Shown in pieces: positions 50,501 to 59,811 of a DNA stretch of 64,000 nt (the stretch's first letter is position 1; every line of letters starts with the position of its first letter). Source of the DNA: Microgenomates group bacterium (GTDB lineage: Bacteria > Patescibacteriota > Microgenomatia > UBA10105 > UBA927). The translations under genes were made by a program, and so were the position numbers. The stretch is taken from NCBI GenBank assembly GCA_049287205.1, contig JBAQFJ010000001.1:43156-107155 (forward strand), written 5' to 3'. The notes beneath the pieces are model-generated. The model made no database searches and had not been told where the DNA came from. It was given only the letters and a program-made list of their open reading frames with translations.

Positions 50501-50799
50501 ATTATTATGCTGATGCTATGACATACAAGGCAACTATCGCCGCAAATACCGCTGCTGGTTTGCCGCGTGCAGTTGATACCATTACGAATGCAATTGCGAC
50601 GTATACAGTGAGAGAAGGATGGTATGGGACAAATGTGACTACTACTACCGCAGTGACAGCAATGCCGAATGTTCCGGATGCGCTCAATACTGTAGATAAT
50701 ACGGTGGAATTTCGGTATAGGACCAGTGCATCGACAGGATTCTTAAGCACGATTTTTGATCTTGACGGCGTATTTGTTGCTCTCAGGTATGTTGACTGA
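47545..50799 (+). CDS. large secreted repeat protein (1084 aa), paralog A
   Basis: Signal peptide. Internally duplicated modules with motifs YDGSVS..TYQIQLWD..WR..PHG, YDGYFSNGSNTP.PTPL, ANYEMRVDYLGIEP and EYNDTTTDDA. ATGA overlap with the upstream gene. Confidence 0.75.
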   Translation: MKLFRSFRSVAVILCLLMVLYGPSSVWLALRIPEPVKTIISDAAPKEVHAESGFIPSSIAITQGKELTDMNYAAVSNGTISAGAGAHWRILSTTSGIDATMTFEDVELHSANVMYINYDGSVSSASLTYQIQLWDETDQVWRSVLPHGTNLANVAESAAGLVTQVTAAVNNGYQFPIYDGYFSNGSNTPVPTPLAHFVNASKQVKIRFLSSVSTANYEMRVDYLGIEPTIDTMRYASSLAFGSNGGSISGAGEYNDTTTDDASGVIITAGSSGIDAQFSFTNLATPYVGANTILVEFSGNKDASLTNYYVYIKDYTATWDVLNATALTNTADGKYEFATDATQLANYLSGNTAVIRIYSSDSSGTATVDHLRITIGSTTTSTGIYNGTISRGGTATGTPANTTTLDTTTTAASWTIPTTTADTRTTTEYFGDCGTATNSCTASNIVMPVTVPDNQLVTGVHMAWRYLTSVATVDLEFGIRSKKMGNVPMSTAAADEIALMTMYRTAAYPMQPQIGTDPLTTVPVYQPHEYVDTVNNAITVYARTAATTVATAQTMAWDFAFVSIKTIDVGQSITAAWTPTAGSLTYGTTTTSNFRFTNADDNGYWVVTRNGTSGTDATLSFTGITIPTNANKLVVTTKLLWSVVSTAYELYLYDFNSSSWREITPHSTNFVAYTTASTEQIVQMEIYDGYFSDGSNTPIPTPLSYFAPSGEARIRVVSTSTTSNLSFDYASLEFVKDPVYFPASVSQTGTVTAGTEYNDLTTDDATSNYVLTYSGGLQANFTFKNVLTPPAGSNALYVVYSGYRTTITNYSVKIRNYGGGSCTAGYEALNATVLTNTADATYYFLYAISDWNCYISSGQMEIQVATTGASGIINVDFLKIALGSVNTTSNTSSIDMGAVYKNDVTKIRTMDTSATFNGLLNGWRVKTVPNTMSNRQYDGPTTVSGRVEMPLTMPSNSYPVSLIYMYAGTPYTTLVTVMPTFKDAKNYYADAMTYKATIAANTAAGLPRAVDTITNAIATYTVREGWYGTNVTTTTAVTAMPNVPDALNTVDNTVEFRYRTSASTGFLSTIFDLDGVFVALRYVD

Positions 50800-50820
50800 T
50801 ATGTACAATAAAACACACAT

Positions 50821-53800
50821 CATGAAAAAGAAATTGGTTACCATTATTACGTTAAGTGCGTTTGTTTTACAGATGCTTGGTATCCCACGCGCATTTCTTA
50901 TAGAAAGATATCCGAATATAGCAGAAAAATATCCCGAAACAAGTCTAGAAGAAGTGTCTGCTGATTATCAATATACGTCAGTCAGTCAATCTGTTGATAA
51001 AGGGGGAGAGGTGGTGGGAAATTATCTTTCCACCCGTATTGCTGACAACGATTATATGCGTATTATGGGAACGGCGACGGGTGTTGAGGTGACGTATACG
51101 ATTGATAATGTCAGGTTATGGAATGCGAATCGACTGATTGTCATGTATGACGGGTCAGTGTCCAACGCGGCAATGACATATCAGGTGCAGATTCGGGATG
51201 TGGCAAATGGAACGTGGCGAAATATTGTCCCGCATGAAGCAAACTATGCCAATACTGCGGATGCGGGAGCAGGACTAATTCTTGCTCCAGCAACAACAGG
51301 GGCTACTGCAGGAGGCTATATTGAAATTTATGACGGATATTTTTCCAACGGCTCCAATACGCCGATTTCAACTCCGTTATCTAATTTTGTTAACAATACT
51401 AATCAGGTGCAGATTCGCATGTATTCAGCCGCCTCATCAGCAAATTATGAGATGCGTGTTGATTACATCGGCGTACAAGCAACCTATTCACCTATGTATT
51501 ATGTGTCGGGAAGAGTAAATAACGATGGAGGAACAATCACAAATGAATACAATGACACAACGCATGATGACGCCATGACCAACATGTCAGTTGTTGCAAA
51601 TGCCAATGGAATTGATGTGGAGATGTTGTTTAACGGTGTTTCTGTTCCATATACAAGTGCTAATACGTATCTTGTGGAATTTTCAGGACTTAGGACCACA
51701 ATTACTAACTACAGTTTGTACCTTCGGGATTTTGCAAATAATCAATGGGATTTGTTAAACGCAACCCCTTTGACGGCAACAACTGATGATACGTATTATT
51801 TTGCGCTTGTTCCGTCATCGCTTTCCCAGAATATGTCCGATTATATTCAAAATGGTCAAATGAAAATAAATATTACCTCCGCGCAAACAAGCGGCTCTGT
51901 AACTGTTGATTATCTTCGTATCACTATCGGTTCAACAGCGACAAATGTGGTGCCCTACGCAGGGACGATTACAAGAGGATCGACAAATACAAATTCTGTT
52001 CTTTCGACGCGGACTGTGGATACCTCACAGGCTTTAAACGGATGGATTATCAGTGCGTCAAACAGCGATGCGCGGACAACAACGGAATTGTACGGGGATT
52101 GCGCAACAGCAACGAGTTATTGTGCTTCAGCGAATACTTCTTTGCCCGTGACTGTTCCTGATGCATCTGTTGTGCAGAGTGTGATTACTGCGTATCGGTT
52201 TAATACTTCAAGTGCGACGTTAGACACGACATGGACGGTGAGAAATTATGCGGGTGCATACACAGATATTATGGTTGCTCCTGTTACGCAAAGTGATGTG
52301 GCGACCAACATCATGTATATACAGGAACTCAGCAATCCGATGCGTCCGCAGATTGGGGAAGGGCCGCTTACGGCAATTCCGACATTCACGCCGAATTTGT
52401 ATGTCGATGACATAACAGACAATGCTGTGAATATTCGGTTTCGTACGTCTGTAGCAGAAGCTGTTGCAAGTTCTGTGACATGGGATTTTGCTTTTGCAAC
52501 GATTAAATCAATTACCCCACAAAACAAAGTAATGTACAAGTTTACCCCGACTGGCGGATCGTTTACATATGGAACAAACAATGCGTCCAACTGGCGGTTT
52601 GCTATTGGTGACGATGCACAGCCATGGAATACCGATCCAAATGCGACTTCAGGAACAGATGCTGTGTTGTCTTTTTCTGGGGTTTCAATCCCAACTGGCG
52701 CTAATAAGATGATTGTGACGTCAAAACACCGGTTTGATGTTTCCAATACCTATAAGATGTATATCTATGATTATGTGACGTCGGGTTGGCGGGATTTAGT
52801 GCCGCATGGGAGTAATTTTACCGGCGATGCAACCGTTGCAAACTGGGATTATGCGCAATTTGAGATTTTTGATGGGTTTTTCAGTAACGGATCAAACGTG
52901 AAGGTGAGTACACCTTTGACAAATTTTATTTCTTCAGGTGCTATGCAAATTCGGATAGTGAACACCAGTACGACCGCGGATTTGGATTGGGATTTTGCGC
53001 AGATTCAGTTTGTGACAGATCCAGGGTATCATCCTTCATCACTTGCAGTGACGGCTCCAGCGACACTCACTGCCAATGAATACAATGATTTGTATACAGA
53101 TGACAATACGTCAAATGTAACAGTGACACCTTCAGGGAATGCTGCAGAAGTGTTATTGACGTTTTCCAATATTGTTAAACCGCCTGAAGGGTTCAATGCG
53201 ATCCTATTGGAGACAAGTGCGTTTAAGACGACTGCGGGAAGTTATGATGTGAGCGTGAAGAATGTGAAAACAAATACATTTGAACCGATTGTCTCCGGTG
53301 TGACAAGAACTGCAGACGCAACGGATTATTTCTTATTTTCCGTCGGGGATTGGGATAATTATATTGATAGTGCGACCAATACGATCATACTTCGGTACTA
53401 TACGAGTGTAAATAATAATGTGTTAAATTTGGATCTCGTGCAGATAACCCTTGGTACTATTCCCAGTAGTTCTACTAATATGACTTCTTATGCAGGTGCT
53501 GTGATGAATGGCACTGTTGCCGCTGCTTCCAACATGAATACGTATGCAAATACAGATGAACTACAGCCGGATCAGTATGTGACGGTGACGACATATAATC
53601 CGACAACCGGTATGCATGCGATGAATGGCATGGGAGAAAAGGAACTAGAATTTGTGTTTCCATTTCATATGGAACCAAACACAGTACCAGCCGGTATTAT
53701 CTATATGTTTCGGGGACAAAACGGGAACGCTACGCAGGCAATTGCACCGTCTATCCAAGAGGTTGGCGGACATTTCCGGCCGATGCTAACTGCACAAAAT

Positions 53801-54121
53801 TTTCTGTATTCCATGACGACACTCGCTGCACTTCCAGGGCCTACTGACACTCCATCAACGATTAACGTTACTGCACAGACATTTCGTCAAGGATGGTACG
53901 TTGATCAATTGGAAGACCTTTGGGTAAGCAAAAACAATAAGATAATCTTCAGGTTTTATACTGCCGTTGGTCTAGCATCCGTTATTGATACTAAGTTGAT
54001 TTTAGATTCTGTGTTTTTCTCGTATCGCTGGGTGAATACAAAAACAACGAGCGATCCTGCATCACAGATGCGGCACGGGAAATGGTGGTTTGGGGGATTT
54101 CCATGGAAATTTGGGTATTAA
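50821..54121 (+). CDS. large secreted repeat protein (1100 aa), paralog B
   Basis: Signal peptide MKKKLVTIITLSAFVLQMLG. Same motif set as paralog A (YDGSVSNAAMTYQVQIRD, YDGYFSNGSNTPISTPL, ANYEMRVDYIGVQA). Confidence 0.75.
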
Positions 54122-54151
54122 CCTTTTGTATAGGTTGTGTATAATAGGCAC

Positions 54152-55135
54152 ATGAAGCAGACGTGGATTATCGCAGTGCTTTTTTTTATGGTTGGCGGGA
54201 GTATCGGGTATGGTGCAAGATGGTTTTTGTATCGTCCGCCTGTCAAACAAAATGGTATCAAGGCAGTACGACAATCGGGATATACATTGACCAATCCGCT
54301 TCTTGAATGCGAAGTCGGTGATCAGGAATCATTTGGTGAAATACGATTGTTTCGGAGTAAACTTCAATCAGCGGTAGATAAAATTATTTCTTCAAAAAAA
54401 GCTGATCATATTTCTGTTTATTTTCGTGACCTGAATAACGGTCCATGGATGGGAATTAATGAAAAAGAGGTATTTTCTCCGAGCAGTTTGCTTAAGGTGC
54501 CACTCATGATGTCTGTGTATCAGTTAGCAGAAAAGAATCCAAAAATTCTTGACGAACAGGTATTGTATAACGGAACAGAGGATAAAGACGCGACACAGAA
54601 TGTTAGACCATCCATTGAACTTGAGCCAAAAATTGAATATTCTTATGAACAATTGGTAGAACGGATGATCATGTATTCTGACAATAATGCGGCAAAATTA
54701 CTGTCACAGGAGGTGAAGGAGGCCGCATTTTTCCGGCCATACGATGAGTTAGGGCTGGACGCGCCAGTGTTGCAGCGCGGGGAATATTATCTGAAAGTGA
54801 AAGATTATGCGACTTTTTTTCGTGTGTTATTTAACTCTTCGTATCTGACGCGGGAATACTCTGAAAAAGCACTGGGACTACTCCTTAAAAGTGAATTTAA
54901 GGATGGATTAGTGGCGGGTGTGCCGTCAGGAACGCTCGTTGCACACAAGTTTGGTGAACGGATCTGGGAGGATACAAAAGAGCATCAGATGCACGATTGC
55001 GGCATTGTGTATTTTCCCAATAATCCGTATCTTTTGTGTGTGATGACGCGGGGGAATGATTTTTCCTCATTAAGTAGTGTTATCCGTGATATTTCAAAAC
55101 TGGTGTACGATGAAATAGCGGCGCAACGGAAATAA
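54152..55135 (+). CDS. class A beta-lactamase-like serine hydrolase (membrane-anchored)
   Basis: N-terminal TM helix. S-x-x-K candidate (SSLLK), SDN loop (YSDNNAA) and a KTG-like KFG. Confidence 0.5.
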   Translation: MKQTWIIAVLFFMVGGSIGYGARWFLYRPPVKQNGIKAVRQSGYTLTNPLLECEVGDQESFGEIRLFRSKLQSAVDKIISSKKADHISVYFRDLNNGPWMGINEKEVFSPSSLLKVPLMMSVYQLAEKNPKILDEQVLYNGTEDKDATQNVRPSIELEPKIEYSYEQLVERMIMYSDNNAAKLLSQEVKEAAFFRPYDELGLDAPVLQRGEYYLKVKDYATFFRVLFNSSYLTREYSEKALGLLLKSEFKDGLVAGVPSGTLVAHKFGERIWEDTKEHQMHDCGIVYFPNNPYLLCVMTRGNDFSSLSSVIRDISKLVYDEIAAQRK

Positions 55136-55182
55136 CGGTACACATTTGCGTTTCTGTTGTTGGGGCAGTATATTCTAGGCAT

Positions 55183-55893
55183 ATGGCAGTAAAAAAACAA
55201 CTCATTGTTCCGCTTATCGCAGGTGTTCTTGCTGTGATTGCGTTTGTGCCTGCGCTTTATTTTTATCGTGAGTATACGAATACCAAAAAAACGTTGGAGA
55301 CAACGAAATCGGAAATGGCAAAGACAGGTAATGCGTTTATCACCGATCTCCGTGCTGTTATGCTCCTTCCTGATGAAGAACCGACCATTGCAACGGTTGA
55401 TGATGTCGAGAAAGTGAAGATGAACGCCTTTTTTACGAATGCAGAAACAGGGGATAAGGTGGTGATTTTCAAATCTATGAAAAAGGCGATTCTGTATCGT
55501 CCGAGTATCAAAAAAATTATTGATATGGCGCCGGTGAATGTTGCCTCTGCGCCTTCAAAAACAGTGTCTGAATCAGTGACGCCAACACCAAAGTCTGTTG
55601 TCGGGTCGCCATATACGTTTATTTTATATAACGGAACAACGAAAGTCGGATTAACAAAAGGGTACACGACTATTGTTGAGGAGAAAATCGTGGGGGCAAC
55701 TGTTGTTGATACAGACAATGCGGTAAAGAAAGACTATCAGACATCGATGCTTAGTGATATAAAAGGGACAAAGGGGGACGATGCCACTGCAATTGCAAAA
55801 ATCTTAGGGTTGACCGTCAGTCCACTTCCTGCAGGAGAAACTGCGTCACAAAGCGCTGATTTTCTTATCATTCTTGGCGCCGACCAGAAGTAA
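55183..55893 (+). CDS. LytR_C (LytR/CpsA/Psr C-terminal) domain membrane protein
   Basis: N-terminal TM helix. C-terminal ILYNGTTKVGLTKGYTT...GATVVDTDNA...ILG. Confidence 0.45.
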   Translation: MAVKKQLIVPLIAGVLAVIAFVPALYFYREYTNTKKTLETTKSEMAKTGNAFITDLRAVMLLPDEEPTIATVDDVEKVKMNAFFTNAETGDKVVIFKSMKKAILYRPSIKKIIDMAPVNVASAPSKTVSESVTPTPKSVVGSPYTFILYNGTTKVGLTKGYTTIVEEKIVGATVVDTDNAVKKDYQTSMLSDIKGTKGDDATAIAKILGLTVSPLPAGETASQSADFLIILGADQK

Positions 55894-55894
55894 T

Positions 55895-56488
55895 TTATGA
55901 CGGCATGTCGTCGTAGAGCCAGTGACGGATAAGAGAAAGAGACATCGTGGCAAAGCTGAAATCCCAATGAACACCGTAGATATCACTCCCACCAATAACA
56001 TCTTTTGTGAGATGAAAGTGTCCCATGCGTACGCTGATTTGGTGCTTTCCTACAAGCGCGATAATTGCATTGATTGTCGTACGCGGATGCATGAGATTTG
56101 TTGGTCTGGCGTTTTGGTAAATTGAATCAAGATAGCTTCGAAAAAACGGAATTTCCATCCAATTTGCTGTTTCCACATTCGGAATTTTTTTGTTTCCATT
56201 CCGGTGGTGATAGTCATAAGAATATAAAGCCGCGCGCTTCATTTCGGGTGTAGCTTCTGCCCAGAATAACTGTTCTATAGGAAGGAGTTGTGCAACAAAC
56301 GGGTCGATGATTGATTGGTTGGCAAGAAGCTCATTAAGCATTCGTATAGGTATCGGTTTGTCTTCTTCACGAATGGTTGGTTTTTGGAGTAGTTTTTCTG
56401 AATAGGTGAAACGCTGATAGGATTGACGACCGTTAGTATAGAGCAAGTAAAAGCGTTCAGTAATGGGTGTGGGGGAATTTATTAACAT
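55895..56488 (-). CDS. hypothetical protein (197 aa)
   Basis: Long ORF with no recognisable family. Overlaps the next gene by 7 nt. Confidence 0.45.
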   Translation of the reverse strand: MLINSPTPITERFYLLYTNGRQSYQRFTYSEKLLQKPTIREEDKPIPIRMLNELLANQSIIDPFVAQLLPIEQLFWAEATPEMKRAALYSYDYHHRNGNKKIPNVETANWMEIPFFRSYLDSIYQNARPTNLMHPRTTINAIIALVGKHQISVRMGHFHLTKDVIGGSDIYGVHWDFSFATMSLSLIRHWLYDDMPS

Positions 56489-57192
56489 GAGCGATATGTA
56501 GTATGCGGTTTTTTAAAAAGAAATAACAGCAGGGAAAAAAGAATAAATCCTACAATATTTATTCCGAGAATAATGCCGAGATTTTGCACGGAAGCGAATA
56601 AAATTGATTGCACAGTATCTGTGATCGATAGTGGTAAAACGATTCGAATTCCTGCGATATACCCTGCTACCAAAAGAATGCCCATCGTGAGAAAAACTGG
56701 GATCACTCCCACCATATCTTCTTTTGATGTGAACATGGTATTGGTAACCGTCAGAATGAGATAAAAAATAATTCCGATAGTCAATTGCATGTTTACCACA
56801 AGCCAAAATCCCGCGATTGCCTGAGTAAACCACCAGGAAAGCGCTGTGAGGACGATGATGCCATTGGTAAACGGTGCAATGCCGATTGCAGTTCTTCTGA
56901 ACGGATCTGAATGTGCGATTGCCACACTGCCGCTTTGAATATTATCTTCTTCGATTGATTCCGGAACGAGTGTGAGTTTTCCTGTATGCACGCCCAAAAT
57001 CTCCGCAGTAAATAAATGGGAAAGTTCATGGAGAACTGTGCCGGGAAAAAGGACGATAGTCATGATAGTCACTGCAATTGTTCGTGAACGTACAATACGA
57101 AGCAGCACGAGAAACACCAGTTGTATATACCGTTTAGAAACGAATGATAAGAGGAGCAGTTCAGCGATAATGCCAATGCCATACCACCACAT
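56482..57192 (-). CDS. polytopic membrane zinc metalloprotease-like protein (HExxH)
   Basis: VLHELSHLFTAEILG lies next to a TM helix. 6-7 TM helices. Confidence 0.45.
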   Translation of the reverse strand: MWWYGIGIIAELLLLSFVSKRYIQLVFLVLLRIVRSRTIAVTIMTIVLFPGTVLHELSHLFTAEILGVHTGKLTLVPESIEEDNIQSGSVAIAHSDPFRRTAIGIAPFTNGIIVLTALSWWFTQAIAGFWLVVNMQLTIGIIFYLILTVTNTMFTSKEDMVGVIPVFLTMGILLVAGYIAGIRIVLPLSITDTVQSILFASVQNLGIILGINIVGFILFSLLLFLFKKPHTTYRSC

Positions 57193-57214
57193 AGTGGTAG
57201 TATATCATTCTTAT

Positions 57215-57787
57215 TTACTGCCGGATGAGGAATGTTCTTGCAACGGGAGATGCTACATTTCCTGCAAGATCCCGGATCTGTACGGAAAATGTGTGTTTGC
57301 CATTTCCAAGATTTTGGAAACAGTAGGAGAATGTTTCCATCCATACACTCCATTGATTCGTATCGAGTTTACTCCTCGTTTGTAGCCGTTGCCACGGGGT
57401 CATATTGTCAGATACCCAAAGAGGGAAACAAACGCTGTTTCCTGTGATTGTAGCGCCTTCAGCGGTATTTCCTTGAATGGTCACTGTGGGTGGGTTGAGA
57501 TCGCCAGCCATGCTTGCCGGTATATCACTGGTAAAAAATGGAGTTGGGGTAGGCGTTGCGCTTGCGAGTGCCAGATTTTTTTCAAAATCCTCCGTAAAAC
57601 TTGCACTCATGGTGGCAATTTCTATTTCAGAAAGTTGTTTTTGCTCTTCTTGCCACAGTATTTCTTGTGTCGGGTTTGTTGTTGTTTGCTGTTCTTTCAA
57701 GAACGAAGGGATGATGATTGCTGACCAAAGTCCGAGGGAGAGGAGAAGAAGGGTGATACTTATTATTCTGACTGTTTTGTTTGTCAT
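57215..57787 (-). CDS. signal-anchored secreted protein (191 aa)
   Basis: MTNKTVRIISITLLLLSLGLWSAII. The start at 57787 sits inside the longer track ORF. Confidence 0.45.
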   Translation of the reverse strand: MTNKTVRIISITLLLLSLGLWSAIIIPSFLKEQQTTTNPTQEILWQEEQKQLSEIEIATMSASFTEDFEKNLALASATPTPTPFFTSDIPASMAGDLNPPTVTIQGNTAEGATITGNSVCFPLWVSDNMTPWQRLQTRSKLDTNQWSVWMETFSYCFQNLGNGKHTFSVQIRDLAGNVASPVARTFLIRQ

Positions 57788-57830
57788 AGGTATAGTATAG
57801 CGTTCAATATACACCTTTTCGATAAGGAAT

Positions 57831-59066
57831 TTACGTAAAGAACAACGGTGCAGTATAGGAGGTTTTAAACGTACAAAATTGTTGTGTAAGCTGATAAAAA
57901 GATGCGCTGATTGTTTTCCAGTCAAAATGTTTTACCACATCATTTCGTCCTGTTTTTGCCATCGCTTTGCTTTTTTTGATTTGAGACAACGCAGATTGTA
58001 TTGCAGTAATTAGCGCCGCAGTGCTTTTTTGTTTAATAAGATAGCCATTTTTACCGTGAGATATCACTTCTTTTGTTCCTGCATTATTTGTTGCAATGAC
58101 AAGACAATTGGATGCGAGCGCTTCAAGAATGACATTTGGAAATCCTTCATTATGATGGGATGGATGAACAAAGATGTCAGTAGCCTGCAGGAGCTGTTTC
58201 ATTTCTTTGTAGTTTAATCCTCCAACAATATGGACGCGTTTACGGTCAGCAAGTGCTTCTACTCGGGTTTGCACCTCGACATCTAACGGTCCGCTTCCTG
58301 CAATGATAACGTGCACAGATGGTGGGAGATGTCCGATTTTTTCCAGCGCATCGAGGAAATAGGTGATTCCTTTAGACCAGATGATGCGGCTGGCGAATGT
58401 GACGATCGTCGCATTCTTTGGAAGTTTTTGTGTCAGATGTGGGATGCTGTGTGTCTTTTTTGGATGAAAATAGTGTGTGTCAACACCTCCATACGACACA
58501 GTTACCGGTTTTTTTATCTTGAGCGTTTCCTTCAGAAATACTTTGGCTGCCGTGTTCGTAGTAGTAATCATGTCGTAGCGTTCAATAGACCATTTCGCAA
58601 TCGTCATATCGACGAATTTTGCGATCCCTGTCACATATTTGTTCGGGTGAACCGGATGACTGGCCACCTGTTCTGTGAATATACTTTTTGCACCGATGAG
58701 TTTGGCATAGATCCATGTCCACCACGTGGCATCAAAAAATCTGATGTGAGTATGGACAAATGCGATATGTTTTTTTGCAAGTTGTAACAATATACCCCAC
58801 AGCGCGAATATATTCGGCAGTGCGAATTGTCCTTTGATGAGCTCAATGCAGGGAATGCGATAAATGGTGAGTCCTCGGTAAACTTCTTTAGCGAGTACGT
58901 GTTCCGTATTGTACGCAATGACGTCTACGTGCATATGTGGATATTGTGTGATGACATGTGCATACAATTCCTCAATATATCGTTGTGATCCGCCAATCGT
59001 TGGTAAGAAATACGGTGATATGACGAGTACATTCACTGGGCTTTGATAGGTTCGTTTATTTTGCAT
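57831..59066 (-). CDS. family 4 glycosyltransferase
   Basis: VLVISPYFLPTIGGSQRY at the N-terminus. C-terminal EX7E-type motif HNEGFPNVILEALASNCLVIAT. The likely start is at 59066. Confidence 0.7.
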   Translation of the reverse strand: MQNKRTYQSPVNVLVISPYFLPTIGGSQRYIEELYAHVITQYPHMHVDVIAYNTEHVLAKEVYRGLTIYRIPCIELIKGQFALPNIFALWGILLQLAKKHIAFVHTHIRFFDATWWTWIYAKLIGAKSIFTEQVASHPVHPNKYVTGIAKFVDMTIAKWSIERYDMITTTNTAAKVFLKETLKIKKPVTVSYGGVDTHYFHPKKTHSIPHLTQKLPKNATIVTFASRIIWSKGITYFLDALEKIGHLPPSVHVIIAGSGPLDVEVQTRVEALADRKRVHIVGGLNYKEMKQLLQATDIFVHPSHHNEGFPNVILEALASNCLVIATNNAGTKEVISHGKNGYLIKQKSTAALITAIQSALSQIKKSKAMAKTGRNDVVKHFDWKTISASFYQLTQQFCTFKTSYTAPLFFT

Positions 59067-59805
59067 ACGCCCCCTTTGTTTGTGTTGAAGGCAACATCGT
59101 CCGTACGATTCCCCATAGTTGGTGTATGCGTTTGCTAACAATATACAAGGCGTGCTGCATGCCGGTTTTCCATATTTGTTGTTTGCTCGGTTCTTTTGCG
59201 CGCAAGAAATGGTCGATGTGATATTCGTCAAACGTAACACGTGGATGTGTGAGGGCATTCAGTTTAATTTCCGGTGAAAAATTCCAGTCACCACTTGTTA
59301 CTGCAAGTTCTTTTAGTGTTTCCCGTTTTGCAATCCACATGCCGGACAAGATGTCTCGGATAGGGTAGCCGTACAAGATAAACACAAGCGTATTTAACAG
59401 AAAAATGCCGAATTGTCGGGTTTTGGAAATAGCTTTTGTATTCATGAGCGGAAGACGATTACACGACATAAATTGTGTGTGTGACCGTTCCATAGAGCGG
59501 ATGATTGTTCCGATTTTATCCATCGGGTAGGTATCATCGCCATCCATCGCGACGATGTAGTCACCTGTTGCTTTGGTAATTCCTGTTTGATGGGCAAATC
59601 CGTAGCCGATTCCTTCAATTGCCCGCTTTTCGGATATAACCCGAGCGCCTGCTTTTCTTGCGATGCGAGCAGTGTCATCCGTTGAATTGTTGTCCACGAT
59701 AAGAATTTCATCAACGTATTTTGGGACACGGGAGATGAAGTCAGCGATAATACCGGATTCATTTCTGCAGGGAACAACAAGAGTGATTGTTTTTTTGTGT
59801 ATCAT
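59056..59805 (-). CDS. family 2 glycosyltransferase (polyprenol-phosphate sugar synthase-like)
   Basis: LVVPCRNESGII...VDNNSTDDT...AMDGDDTYP. Confidence 0.75.
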   Translation of the reverse strand: MIHKKTITLVVPCRNESGIIADFISRVPKYVDEILIVDNNSTDDTARIARKAGARVISEKRAIEGIGYGFAHQTGITKATGDYIVAMDGDDTYPMDKIGTIIRSMERSHTQFMSCNRLPLMNTKAISKTRQFGIFLLNTLVFILYGYPIRDILSGMWIAKRETLKELAVTSGDWNFSPEIKLNALTHPRVTFDEYHIDHFLRAKEPSKQQIWKTGMQHALYIVSKRIHQLWGIVRTMLPSTQTKGAYAK

Positions 59806-59811
59806 ACGTGT

